From: Spirogloea muscicola
Lineage: Eukaryota
DNA: 64,000 bases
Assembly: GCA_009602725.1 (NCBI GenBank)
Contig: WELB01000012.1
Span: 492,701-556,700 of the forward strand
Direction: 5' to 3'
This document shows positions 48,861-61,944 of the stretch, piece by piece. Position 1 is the first letter of the stretch. Each line of letters starts with the position of its first letter. The position numbers and the translations under genes were made by a program. The notes below the pieces were generated by a model. That model had not been told where the DNA came from. It searched no databases and saw only the letters and a list, made by a program, of their open reading frames with translations.

Positions 48861-51649
48861 ACCTACACTTGCGATATTCGTAAGTAGGGTCTGAAACGAG
48901 GACCCAAGCAGCCAAAGGTGTCAATTGCGGCTGTTAGTAGTTTTGACTACGGAGGTAGTCATAATATTGCTGCAGCCTCTGCACTTCTCTGCTCTACACT
49001 TCCCACTGCTTGGCCAGCGATGTGTGTCGATCCTGAATCTTGTACGCCTCCATCACAACGACATCAACCAAGGCTCGTGGACATCCGCCAGGTTGTACAC
49101 CCACAATGTCTAAGGTGCGACGGTGATGGCGTACCTGAGCGCACGTGGTGATGGGCATATTGTTGTTTACCTACGCAATGGCGCGGTAGCCTTCGTCACG
49201 CATCAAGTCCGCCTGGTCCGAAGCAGCTATCCTGCCGCTAGCCTATCGCAGGCTCCCATCCCCCCGGCCCGGTTGGCCTTGGGGCTCACTTCACTTTTGC
49301 CACCGTACTGATATAGTATTGCCGTACCGACACTTGGAGCATTCCGCCTCCTTGCTATGATATACATACTGACCACAAATGATACCACCAAGTGTCGTTG
49401 CTATGTATTCCTGCGCTTCGAGCTGACACGCGCGGTTGGTTGGCTGGCGTTAAGGGCGGCCCGAGCTGCCGCGCGCAGAGCAGATCGTGGCGCTCGTACG
49501 GCTCGTGCCCGGCTGTGCTGGATTGGCAGCCCAACGCGTGCAGCCTGCGATCACTTAAAATGGTCCGCCCGTCCTAAGCGGCTGCTCGAGGGCTTGGCCT
49601 CGCAGCGGCCCTCTGGATAAGCCAGCTGCCGAGCCCTTGGCTGTCACCCGTCTGTTACTTCAAGGCTGGTCATTCCCAGCCATTACGGCCTCTTGGGAGG
49701 GCTTCTTCTTTCGAAGTGGTCGGACAGCTCTACTCGCATTCAATCGGTAGCAATGAGGAACTTCCTACACAATCACCAGATCTAAAGGAGAAGATGCAGG
49801 GGTTTCAAAATTTGGTTTAGGATGTGATGCCGGACCTGAGTCTGTCTCCCAAGATTTGCATCACCTTTAACAAACCACTTTTGCTGCAGAAGTCGAATAT
49901 GACCACTCAAGCTTCTTCTCAAACAAACGTACAACACACACGCAGCTGCTTCACAGAGAGCTCCCCTACCTGCACACCAGCCTTTGTCAGTCAGCATCTC
50001 GGATGAAAGTTCTTCGGGTATCCTTGAGATCTCCATTCAGTGACTGATTACAACCTCCGGTTAAGGCAGCAGCAGCGGCGCAAGAAATGTAAAGTATTCT
50101 TTTAGACAAAGGGGGGCAGGTATAGCTTGCTCAAGACTGCTGCTAGCCCAAGATGTGCGTAGTCACAAGGCTTGATACAAACAATATGTTCATTGACTTA
50201 CACAAGTGTCGCATTTGCTGCCGGATGCCATACCTGCCTGAGTGCTTGCCCTCATCTTGGCCTTAGGCTTCTCAACAGGAGACATGTCGACTGAGGCCCA
50301 TAGAGATTTTAGCAATTGTGCTCAGCACGAGTGACTGTATTCTTCCTGATAGCCCGCGGGCCTCAGCGAGGGCTACAAGCTGCTATGCACCTGTTCCCAG
50401 AGAAGTCTGCTAAGTACACTGCATGAATAGCCGATCTGACATCAAGAAGCCAGATTTACCAAGCCAAGCTTTTTGTTCTTGACGTGTCCCAGGCACGATC
50501 ACATTCTCATCGATCTTCGTTAGTGAGTCTGACAGCCATGATTATGCACAAGGAGCATATCATGCTACACTTACAATGCAGTAAGTGGCAGTGCGCCGGC
50601 CCTTGCTGGCGGCAGCAGGCTGGCCCTCACAGCCCCTCTGAGATGGTGCAAGTTGCAATCAGAGATCACCTCCCTTACATACTTAGGATCTGATCAGGAG
50701 TCCAGCCCGTGCTAATCCCGCTTGGGGCGCTCAGGGTGTCTGGGGCCACCGTAGGCCTCCTTCCAAGAAGAGGCGCCTATCTGGGCGGCCTGCAGCCCGC
50801 GGGCACAAATCTGGTCCATGCAGCACGCAAATGCAGCCCATGGGCATGCTGACCCTGGCTGTGCAGCCCGTTAAGCCATGCAGCCTGCTTGCACCGCTTG
50901 TCAAGCAAGGCATGAAGTCGCTCATACATGTTGATGCTGCAAATATACAAGAAAGTGAGGTAGAGGTGAGGTACACACGTCTAGCATGCATCTGGCTTAG
51001 AACGTTGGGCACATTGTCGCTCTGACCGTAGTCTCGCTGTCAGGAAGCAATTCTGAGATTGTTTACGGAATTAGGTTCAGGGTTCAAACCCGCCGCGCCG
51101 GCGCCATGGCGGGTCCCGGCCTGGCCTGGCCGGCGGGAGACGGACGGGCGGGCTAGGAGCGGGTGAAGAGGAGAGGTACACTTTTTCAGATATGCATGTG
51201 CTCATTCGGCGATATAAGTGTCCCCCTTGGCCAGCTCATTACCCAATTAACAGGACATTTGTAAGGCTAGAATTGGCCTCCCTTTCAATTTCATGCGTAC
51301 CGCGCGCCTTTTCTTTCTAAAAAAAGAAAGTGGCTCTCCAACAGGGGGCAAGGGCCGTGAGAAGCAGAAGAAGTGGCTCTCCCAAGGGGCGAGCACTTCC
51401 TTTCTCCCAATGGGGGCAAGGGCTGTGAAAAGCCAGCCCGAAAACAAATGACAAAGGTTCGAACTTCTCTTTGAAAGTTCAGCCCACAATCGGCCCAGCC
51501 TTTGACTCGAGACAGTTGGGTGGCGAAGGCGGACTCGATGGAGAGCCTTGGCACCCAGAGCACCCCACAAGCCTTGCTTGTGAGGTGACAAAAATCAGAA
51601 GGGAGTCGAGAAATGCAGCTCTCCAGTAGGGGCGCGATGGCTGTGAAAG

Positions 51650-52540
51650 GCCAGCCCACTACTTCAGGGCCAGTGGGACATCGCAGCATATGTATAGCGA
51701 GCTTTCTGCCGTCTGCACGAAAAGCCGCACTCACAGTGACAGACTCCAATCAGGCAGGTGAAGGGCATACCAAGGCACAGTTGGAGGAGCGTCCGATAGG
51801 CCTCGGGGCTGATCTGAAAGGCCTTGTGGATGGCATGGGTAGTGAGCCAGTCAGTAGCCCCAGGTGTTGCAAGAGAGGTCAGTCGTGCCGGACTCCTTGG
51901 GTTGGTTGTTCCTGATTTCAGGCATCCTCCTCAGCGACTTACAACGCTCATCTTCGACTGCAGCAATACGTCTAGCCCGTGCTGCTTTGTCCGGTGCTTG
52001 GGCAAGCGCTTAAAAGGAATTGAGGAGGGGTTGCAGGGATGGGAAGGAGCAGGTTGCGGATCCTCTTCAATTGCGCTTGAGTTCGGAAGGAGCCTTCCTC
52101 CACCTCGGCTGCAGGGCCAGCCAGACAAGGGAAGCGTAAGGGAAGTCGGAAGGCAACCTGGTGCCAGCAACCCAACAAGACTGCTTGCGCCATCTGTACC
52201 AACGACCGGCAGCCCAAGCCGCCCATTCGTGTGGGAAGGGATGCCTGCCAGGAGGATGAAAGTGAGGGGAATTATGAGTGTTGTAGCAGGGAAGCCAGGG
52301 TTCGCAGGAGGGAGGTGTCGTACTCCTTGTACAGCTCGGCCACCATGTCCGCTGGGGCGATTGTCCACTGCAGGTAGCCCGCCGTTTTCGGTAGCCCGAA
52401 AATGTCAACACCAACTGCAAATCTTCATGGAGAGGGAGGGGATGGGGGCAATCATGTTTGCAGTCGTTCACGCAGATCCTTCACTACGTGAGTTGGTGTG
52501 CCGGGGAACTACTGGAGGTGATTGGAAAGAAGTAAGCTCT
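51650..52540 (-). mobile_element. Degenerate internal CRE fragment (post-RT region to zinc knuckle)
   Basis: GGLGCRSLVQMAQAVLLGCWHQVA, ARLTSLATPGATDWL and CECG...HMLRC are collinear with the intact ORF; frameshifted. Confidence 0.8.
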
Positions 52541-52549
52541 TCCGAAGGA

Positions 52550-54600
52550 ACGAGGGAATTGACTCTACTGAAGGAGGCAAGGGCTGTGAAAAGCCAGCCC
52601 GAATCGTACCATCGAGGTCGTAGGTCCCAGGCGGCGAGTGAGTCCGCCACCGGCTACAAGAAAGACTCTTCCCAAAAGGGCAAGTCCTTCCAAGGTCAGC
52701 CCAAAAAGGACAGACGGGAACGTCTGAACGGGGCCGGGAAATAAAAGCCCGGATCTCAAAACGGGCCGATGGCTGTGTAAAGGCCAGCCTAACAAAGAAA
52801 GCGCGGCCAGATTGACTGGTGGCTGTGAGAGGCCAGCACGGGCTATCAAAGTCCGGAGAAAATCCGAAGGGGCCAAAGGTCTAAGTAAGCTGGTCAACGG
52901 GGGCGAGAGTTGTAAAACACCAGCCCAACAAGTTCCGAAGCGGCCGGGAAAAGCGACGGGACCACTCAGTTACGCAACTGGACCACTACCGATGTTTGCT
53001 TGACAGCCGCCAGTGCCTCTAGGTTGCGGATGACCTGCGCTTTTGCGACGCAAGCCGTCCGATGGCGGGCACGCATCGGACGCCCGGGCTGCCGAGGGCC
53101 ACGGCAGCCCCACCTGGCGGGACGGGCCGTAAGTCAGAGCACGAGATCAGGTTTATAAAGAAGAAGGGCTCGCCCATTGGCCCCACTGGTAGAGTGGGCC
53201 CATATTAAAGAGAAGTGGCACTCACAAGGTGCAAGGGCTGTGAAAAGCCAGCCCGAAAAAAGAATTGACAAAAGTTCGAAGGGGCCAAATGATGGAGGGG
53301 CCTAAAAAGCGCTAAGCAGCTACTAAGGGCCTGAAGAGGCTATGTCAGAACGGGGGAGGATGGACCACTCAGTACTTACGAGTGAGGAGCCTCAAATCCG
53401 ACAGACTAGCTGGCGGAAAACTATCTCCCTGACGAAAGCCGGAGGCCGCAGCGAGCGCACGGCCAGCACGCCATGTGAAGGGCCCACCCGAGTCAGCCTT
53501 CGGGCTCGGGGGCCCGTCTCCAGCCGCTGGCCCCTGAGAGAAGAGAGACGCTTCCAGGAGAGGGCGGTGGCTGGGAGAGGCCAGCCCAGAAAAAAGAATT
53601 GACAAAGTTCGGAAGGGGCCAGGGAAAGCGCTTAAACTAGCACACCTAGAAGCAAGCAGCTACGAAGCACTCAGTAACCCTGCTAAGCAGCCGCAGAGAT
53701 GGGCCGCCTCGTCCGGCCTTCAGCGTTCCTCTGGTTCCTCTGGCCACATTCTTCTGGTTTTGAGCGAAAGGCTCGCCCATTGAGGATAGGGGCTGGAAAA
53801 AGCCAGCCCAGAAAAGAATGAACAAAGGACGAGAAGGGGCCAGGGGAAGTACGAAGAACAAGCACAGAAAAGAAACGAAGCAGCTACGAAGCACTCAGTA
53901 ACCCCTGCTAAGCAGCCTCAGGTCAGAGAGACTGGGTTCCTGGAAGCGGGTCCCCTTCTGGTTTACCCTCTTTTCTTATGGGCGAGCCCCCCTGGCCCCC
54001 TGTTGAAAGCCCATCTAGCTGTCCCGCACTTGCTGATCGGAGGCACAGTGAGCGTCCGCTCGCAAAAGTCACGGAGAGCAGTTTTGTGGCCTATTCTTCT
54101 GGCAATTTTCGGTCTTTCTGACGTCAGAAGAATTGAGCTCTGCCAAAGAAGAAGTGGCTCTCTCAATGGAGGCCAGGGCTGTGAGAAGTCAGCCCGAAAA
54201 GAGTGGGCATATGGCGCAGGCTGGAAAAAGGCAGCCCAGGAGGATGAACAAGATCTGTAGGGCCCAAAAGCGCAACACCATTGTGGTCTCGCCGTGATCT
54301 CTCCACAGCTGTGGGGTTTTGGCGCCTTCCGACCCTGTAGGGTCCATCTCTCGACTGGGGGCGCCGTGGCGGGCGGCGGCGGGCGCGGCCGCGGCCGGCG
54401 CGCTCTTCTCTATGCGCGCGCACTCCTTTCAACATCAGCGACCGCATTCCTCTCAGTCGAGCGCCTCCACCTCGTGCCACTTGGGAGCAGAAGAAGAAAG
54501 TGCTCGCCCATAGAGAGAGGGGCTGGCAAAAGAATGGACAATGTCCGCAGGCCTCAAAGGCCAGAAGAAGGGCTCGCCCATTGAGGATATGGGCTGGGAG
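52550..54600 (-). mobile_element. Cluster of CRE-like 3' UTR fragments, mostly minus strand
   Basis: Includes family A at 53211-53471, family B at ~53766-53954 and many GGGCTG...GCCAGCCC hairpin modules. Confidence 0.75.
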
Positions 54601-54865
54601 GCACGCCTTTTGCCCCCCCCCACCAGGCGCACGTGGGCCGCCGACGCCCGGCCGGCCCCACGCACCGTTGCACCGGGATCCCGGGGGGGGCCCCGCCGCA
54701 CTGAGTGAGACAATTGGCTCTCCCCACTGGGCCCCACTCCCGCCGCTCCCCTTCTCCGCTCCTCGCCATTTCTCGCGCCGCCTGCCCGGCCAGCCCCGGG
54801 CCCGGCCCCCCGGCCGGGCCGCTAAGCGGCCCTGAGCACCCCCCCGGCCGCAGCCGCCGGCCACC

Positions 54866-57447
54866 ATGGCAGCGGCGGCGGCGCCCGACGCCTCCGCCCG
54901 GCGCCTCGCCGTCGCGCTCTTGGCCTTTGCGCTCTCCTGGGCCTCCTGCGACGTCTCTGGCGGCCCGCCCCCAAGCTCGCAGCTCCGGTGGCCCCCATGC
55001 CGGTCGCCTCCACGCTCCATGGCAGCAATGGCGCCCGTGGCGCACTGCCTGCCGCCCCGCAGCCTCTGCAGACCCACCATCCAAGGCCGGCATCCTTCGC
55101 CGCTCCTGCGCCCGGCGAGGCATGTCCTTGCCTCCCTCAGCCGCGCCGCCGCCGCCGCCGCCGCCCGCCTTCTGGCACCGGTAGGCCGCCCACTGGGTGC
55201 CGTGGCCGTGAGCCCTGCCCGTCGTCGAACGATCATGGCCTCCCTTGGGCAGCGGCAGTGGAAACGGCGGCGGCGACTCGCTGAAGCAGATGAAGGAGGC
55301 GGTGGCGGCGCGTCGAGGGGCTACCGGTGGGTGAATGCGACCATTACTAAACGGAGCAAGCCCTGCAACTATGGAAACTTCGCGCGGCGGCACACTGAGT
55401 GGCGGTACATCCACACGGACGGCACGCGGACCTTCAACGCCATCGACCTGGCCCTCGTGAGAGCCGAGCGGATTCATTGCCTCGACCACCACGGCCAGGA
55501 CCCGTCACAACATGCAGCTCCACCGCCCATTGACGAATCTCTGTTGCGCCGCGACTGGCGTGACAGCTGCTAAGAGGCAAGAAGGTTGCGTTCGTCGGGG
55601 ACTCACTCACTGGCCAGCTCGTGGGGAACTTTATATCGTCACTGCAGAAGAACGGCTACAAGGACGTGGTCGGCTGCGGCACGAAAGTGTGGGCTCCTTC
55701 TACTTGCATGGCGGGCAGCCTGGCTTGCATGGATGCTTCGAGCAACTTCGAACCCCTAGCAGGGCGCCTGATTGCTGCAGCCGTAAGGCTACACCTTAAC
55801 ACCACTGGGAGCAGGGTCTAAGAGTACCGCTGAGCACCTCTTAGAGTCTAAGCCTGAGCCCAGCTATTTCGCTGCTGCCAAGGTGTGGCAGCTCGTTCAG
55901 GCCCGCAAGTGAACTGACATTGCCTCCCTGTTCATGGAATGAAGCTGGTACTACGACGTGAAACAAGATGACACCATGGAACAGATGCTGGCCAAGGGCT
56001 CCACTGTCAGGGACACCGTCAAGACGCCCTCCTCATTAAGGGAGGAGACAGTGCTCGGCGGGCCCTTTGAGAACGCCACCTGGACCTGCTGGCGAGGTAC
56101 TGCACCTTTCACTTTCCTGCCACAATGCAGGCATTATGGCCAGAGCCCCCCTACATCTGGGTCTCTGAGCTGCTTCTGACAATTGGCGGCAAGGAAACTG
56201 CTCTCATATTGCGAAGCTGGCATCGCTGCCAAGGGAAGGCAATGCATCGACTGCTGAGTGCCTCGCTGAGTGCGCAGCTTCCAAATAATCTGTTCACCTG
56301 CAGCATGGGCAACAGTTCCACTCTGACGCAAACAGTCTCCGTTCAAATCTGTCCTAACTGTGTCCTTATCTGCACAGCATTGTTAGCATCAAGCTTAAGA
56401 TACTCATCACTTCACCAACTTGACCTCCTGCAGCCTTCCACATGCTTCCTAGCATTTATGAGTGGCCTGGCATGAACACAATCCCAGCCCAGCTCGAGTA
56501 CATTGCCCAGAAGTCGGATGTGGTGAGCACCGGCGATGAGCTTCTGCAACTTGCGGCTGACGACCTTTAGGTAGGAGCAGTTGTAGAGGCAATCCAAGAC
56601 AAAGCACAGAAGTCCAACCCTTCACTCTAAGCGGGTGTTTAACGGCCAGTAGCTTCTATCATGCTGCAGGTCATTCTCAATATTGGATTACACTACCATA
56701 ATTGGCAGGTAAAGGGCCTCCGGCACGATATGCATGTAGCAGCCGAGTACCTTGCGCGTTACAACACAAAGAAGAACCGCGTGGGGTTTCTCCGTGAGAC
56801 CTTGCCGCAACACTTTTTCAGCAATGGCAGTGGCATCTTCCCTTTTCCATACAATTTCCCAGAGAGTGCCACCAAGGCAGACCTTGCAATCTGCCACCCT
56901 GCACCTCGAGTGCATCAGGCAGGCTTTGCTCTCTCCCTCTGCTGGTGTGTGACAAGTTCCGCCAAGCAGTTGCGTGACATAGGGGCAACCCTGCAAAGGA
57001 GAAGCAAGAATCAAGCAACTGTATGATGGAATTGCTGACATGCACGCTCTTCCATGATGGCAGCAGCGTCATTTCATGCTGAGCCAATGAGTCACTCCTT
57101 GTTTGGTCTCTGCGCAGTGGCGAAATGATGTCATGTGGGAGGTGGCCATCGAGAAGCAGGTACCAGTGCAGCAGATCTTCCATCAGATGGACATGCACGG
57201 CTTTCACGGGATAAATCCTAGGGCTACTGACTGTACGCACTGGGCCAACCTGGACATAACGTGGCTGCCTGCTTTCGATACCACTTACACAGCCATAGCG
57301 GCAGGCATGTGCCGGTGGCAGATGCTGGCCAAGAGCGATTGTGACAACCACTTCCCTGCCGTCCATTTCAGCTCAGTGCGACACCGAGAGCCAGACCTTG
57401 ATGGTGCTGTGCACATGTCCAGCTGGGATTGGCCGCGTCAAGAGTGA
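54866..57447 (+). CDS. Trichome-birefringence-like / PC-esterase (SGNH) family protein, multi-exon, possibly defective
   Basis: N-terminal hydrophobic signal LAVALLAFALSWA. Spliced SDV|VILNIGLHY, FLRETLPQHF and catalytic-type DCTHW. No GDS motif found; exon structure and 3' end uncertain. Confidence 0.65.
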
Positions 57448-59367
57448 CAGCACAGGTCAGCTGGGTGAAAGCCCATTCCAACATAAACCACAGGTTGCCA
57501 TTGCTCAGAGGTCCTTAAGCCACTCGATGGAAGGCTGTAACAAGAATCATCATTGCCTCCTCTTTCAGGACGTGGTAACCTGGCGACACATAACGACTTC
57601 AGTGAGCATGCCCGGCGATGCTCATCTATGACGACCGCTGGTGACAGCATCTTCATCTTGTGCAATTTGCCTTGCCCAACTAGGCCAAGCAACATGCAAA
57701 TCATAAGTGATTATACTTCTGTACAGCAATCTTACTCAGCAATTTGTGCTGCAAATTACCAGTATTCTTTGCAGAGGAATTGCAGACAATCCAGTGACAT
57801 CCCTCGGCTTTTCAGCCAAGGGGATGGAGAGTGTCCGAAGGTAGAGGTTGGGGGTTTGCCTGGGGGGTCCCATTTGAGACTGACCACATGTCGTACTTCA
57901 TTCTGCGAGGCTGACCAGGGACACATGCCTTCATTTCTTTCTCTTCTTCCTTCTTTCTTTCGTCTTATCTGTCTCCAGCTATCTTATTTGTCAATGACAC
58001 AGTCCCTTGATAATGCCCACGACTGTTGCTCATGCCATCACCAGAAGCAAGTGACACCCCTAAGTGGTTAAGATATATGCAACCATGTACGAAGCTTTTG
58101 ATGTGTATGGTCAAAGACATCCAGTGGAAGTATCAAGGGCATGGCGATTTTGCAATTAAGGTAGGTCACCTAAAGCTTAGCAAGGCGTAAGCTGCAAGAA
58201 TAATGGAAGCAACTGCCGGACACGGCCTAGCTAATGTCAGACTCCCGTGAGCCCATCAGCCAGCGATGGGCCCACTCCTTACCATCCTCTGCTTGGGCGA
58301 CTTAGCTAGCTGAGGGCTCCCGCTTCGTCAGATGGCGCGGTCGACGTGAGCCAGGCTCCAGCCATTCATCTGGTCTTGGCAGAGGAGTAAAGCGTCGCAT
58401 CTTAGGCCTTCCAACATTATTACACATCATGGCATACATGGACAGAGTGGCGCAGACTTTTGCAGCCCCAGGTCGACGGAGAAGAGGCAAGGCACTGCCA
58501 AAGGAGCACATAGTGCCAAGGGCATCGTTAAAGTCGTAGGCCAAGCGAATGGGGTGGTGTTGGTAAGGAGCACGAGCAAAGCAGGGCTGGTCAACATTGA
58601 ATGTGGTGATACGGTGAGCCAGTATATGGAAGAAGTCAGCCGCTGATGCTGCCTATTGGGCCTGTCGGAGCTCTTTCCGTGCGGAGGGTTGCCCCGGCTC
58701 ATCGTGCTCTTTCCGATTCCGAGGCGATCGTGCTTCTCCTTTGCGCCCTAGCTGTGGTTGCGGCCACCCAGAGGTGAGCATGTAGTACTCTATATGGGTC
58801 TGCTGCCATGAGCGGGTCTGCGTCTGTACTGCCGAGGGGCGACGGTCTGCTGGTCCTTCGGAGACCTAGGCACCTCCGGGCCCTTTCAGACCTTGTTCAT
58901 TGCCTTTGGGGCTGGCCTCTTATAGCTATTGCGTTATGTTGGAAGATCTGTTTCTTTTCCATCGTCCTTACGGAGAGGGGCCATCGACCCCTTGGACGAG
59001 CTTCTTCTTAAGTGGAGAGGGGCGAACGCTCAGCCGAGGACACCGATTGGGGAGGACAAGGGCGGGCTAGCCAGAATGAGAAGCAGCCTTTTCAAAAGAG
59101 GGCGAGGCCTGTGAAGTGCCTGCGCACAAATGGATGACAAAGAAAGAAAGAAAGGAAGTGGCTCTCCCAAACCCAAGGGCCCAAGTTTAAGCAGCTCTTC
59201 AAAGAAAGAAAGGAAGACTCTTCCAATAGAGGGCAATAGCTGGCATTGGCCAGCCCAGGAAAGCAATGAACAAGGTTCGAAGGGGCCAGAAAAGCGTCTA
59301 AGCACACAGCGACTCAAGTGGCCACTGGTTGCTACCCTCTGATGAACAACCTCAGGTCAAGGAAACT

Positions 59368-59496
59368 ACTTCCTACTGCTGACACGGGGTTACTAAGAGC
59401 GCCCTGGCTGCCTAGCCTGTGGCTCCGTCATGAACACCTGTATGCATCTGGCTGGCTTTCACAGCTGCTCTTTTAATGTCAGCAGCCGCTTTCTTC
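59368..59496 (+). mobile_element. Short 3' end of the same family as the intact element
   Basis: Near-identical to 45939-46067 (LLLTRGY* plus the 3' UTR). Confidence 0.9.
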
Positions 59497-59504
59497 CGTG
59501 GCTT

Positions 59505-60452
59505 TCCCCTCGAGAAACTAGTCTCCGGGTAGCGGGTCCCCTGGCCAGAAGCAGAGGGTGCAACCAAAGCGCGACCAGCACGCAGATGCAACGCGCGTGC
59601 CATGGACCGCTGCAGCGATACTGACAGGCGCATGCGATACACCTGGGCGAGAGAGCCTGCTGCGCTGAAGTCAGCCTGCTCCCCGTGGTGACGTCGAGAC
59701 ACAGCGCTGCGCGAGAGCCGGTGCAGGAGCTCGAGCCACCGAGCGCCGATCGCCCCGTGGACGTCGATGGCACGGGAGAAGAACTCGTCCTCCCTCGGAT
59801 GGTCAGCAATTTCAGTTCCTTGCCCCGGGCGGCACTGGCCACCGCATACCCTGCCTTGGAGGCAGAGAGAGTCGGGTGTGCGCGATCGAACGAGTCGGTC
59901 GTCACCACGTCCGCGATCGGGCGCGGTCCACCAGCCAGTGGAGTGGCCTCTGGGCGTGGAGGCCGTCGCCCTTCAGCTAGAGCGGCATACGCGATGACTT
60001 CACGACGGCCACCGTGAAGCCTGCCTCCACAAAGGTGCCGTGCATGGCGTCGCGGAGGAGCTCCACAAAGGTGCCGTGCATGGCGTCGCGGAGGAGCTCG
60101 TGAGCCGCCGTCCGCTCGCCACCGTGTGCACGTCGGAGCACGTACGCAGTCAGCTTTGCAGCGTCGGCCCCCCGCTCGCCACAATCGCACTGGTCACACC
60201 CCCTGGAGGCAGGGCGGCGGCAGACCAAGGAGCCGGTGGACGGCTAGCCGGAAGGCCTCGTCCGGGATTCGGAGCGCGTCATTGAGGGGGAGGGCCATCA
60301 GTCACGCCGCTGCCACAGGTGAGGAGGGTGACCGCAGTCGAGCGAGCCCCCTCAGGTCGGGCTCCGACAGCAGCTGCAGGGCGGTGGCGAAGGCCGCCTT
60401 GTCCAGCTCGGCTGTGTAGCGCGCTTGAACGCGCAGGCCGGCGGCGAGCGCA
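59505..60452 (-). mobile_element. Degenerate CRE copy covering zinc knuckle, RLE and C-terminus
   Basis: GLARLRS, CDCGE, GGERTAAHELLRDAM, IADVVTTDSF, AARGKELK and RLSVSLQRSMARALHLRAGRAL; frameshifts and a 36-bp tandem duplication. Confidence 0.85.
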
Positions 60453-60892
60453 AGATGCTCAAATGAGAATTGGCGCTCCCGAAGGGGGGCAAGGGCTGTG
60501 ATCAGCCAGTCCGAATATTGTTGACAAGGTCCGAAGGGGCCAAAAGAGAGGAAGACGGTTCCAGGAGAGGGACTTGCGCGCCCATAGAGAAGAGGGGCTG
60601 GCAGAGGCCAGCCCCAAAAGAATGGACAAAATCCAAAGAGCCAATAAGATGCCAAAAAGGACAGCTACACAGCTAGAACAAGACGACGCAAAGGGTAGTT
60701 CAGTACCCACGAGTGAGCAGCAGCAACTCCGAGTGACTCGCAGCTGGGAAAGAGGCACGGAGTACCTCGAAGCAGGGAGTGAGGCACTCCGCCGAGACCC
60801 AGACGCAGCAACGATGGCACGGCCTGCCCGCGTGTGGACTGCGTGAGCCAGGGAACGCTGGAACGAGACCGCCAGCCCCATACGGAATAGCT

Positions 60893-61354
60893 CAAATATG
60901 CTGATCATCCGCGGGAAGACCCGCTGGCTATCGACACGCATGGGGCGTTGGGTGCTCGGTGGCTCGAGCTGCTCAACCAGCTCGCCCGCCACGCCATCGT
61001 CCGCCGCTTCCATGGCGAGCCAGTGGACTTTCCTGCAGCCGGGTCGCTAGCGCAGGTGTACCGGATGCGCTTGGCCGTCTCGCTGCAGAGGTCTATGGCC
61101 CATGGGCTGCACCTGCGTGCCGGCAGAGCCCTCGCTGCTGCCTCTGGCTCTAGCCAGGGGACCCACTTCCAGGAGCCTAGCTTCTCTGACCTGAGGCTGC
61201 TTAGCAGGGATCACTGAGTAATACGTAGCTGCTTTGTTTCTTGATGTGCTTGTTTTTCTTAGCGCTTCCCCTGGCCCCCTTCTCGTACTTTGTTCCTTCT
61301 TTTTGGGGCTGGCTTTTTCAGCCCCTATCCTCAATGGGCGAGCCCCTTTTTCTT
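60893..61354 (+). mobile_element. Family B CRE copy inserted antisense into a family E copy
   Basis: 14-bp TSD CATACGGAATAGCT at 60879-60892 and 61355-61368. The host continues on the minus strand on both sides (~60570-60892 and 61355-61590). Confidence 0.88.
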
Positions 61355-61944
61355 CATACGGAATAGCTGGGCTAGGGAGCGGGCAGCGTTGAAGCCGGGC
61401 AGCTCCCCTGGCAGACCAGGCCGCCGCTCAATGGCCTGCCAATGGCCTCCTGCGGGCAAGCCGCTGGAGTAGACGGATCCCTCCTGCCACTGCCGAAAGC
61501 CCCGTGGACGTCAATGGCCAGGGCCGCGAATTCATCACCTGGAGGGTGGTCTGCGTACTTACGCTCCTTGCCACGAGCCGCCAAACCGACCGCGCGCCCA
61601 GCGGGAGGAGAGGGCGGTGGCTGGGAGATTGATAGAAGAGGGAGAGGCCAGCCAAAATAGAGGGAGGCCGAGATTCGATCTTGTTCTTTCTTGTGGCCTT
61701 TGGATATTGTCCATTCTTTTCTGGGCTGGCTTTGCTAGCCCCTCTTTTTTTGCTATAGGCGAACAGTTTAAATTTTTCCGGCCAGGTCCGGATGCTCCAT
61801 CGGCATCTCCTGGTGGGCCGAGCGGAGCGACATCTGAAAGGGCAGCGCACCAGTACCCACCTCAATCACGCCCTGGCAAGCGCGGCCAGATTGACTGGTG
61901 GCTAGGAGAAGCCAGCCCAAGAGGAATGGAGAAGGTCTGAAGGA

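Noticed and set aside
48900..51110. Exon-like pieces on the minus strand
   Set aside because: In-frame stops and no recognisable homology; possibly a pseudogene, but unsupported.
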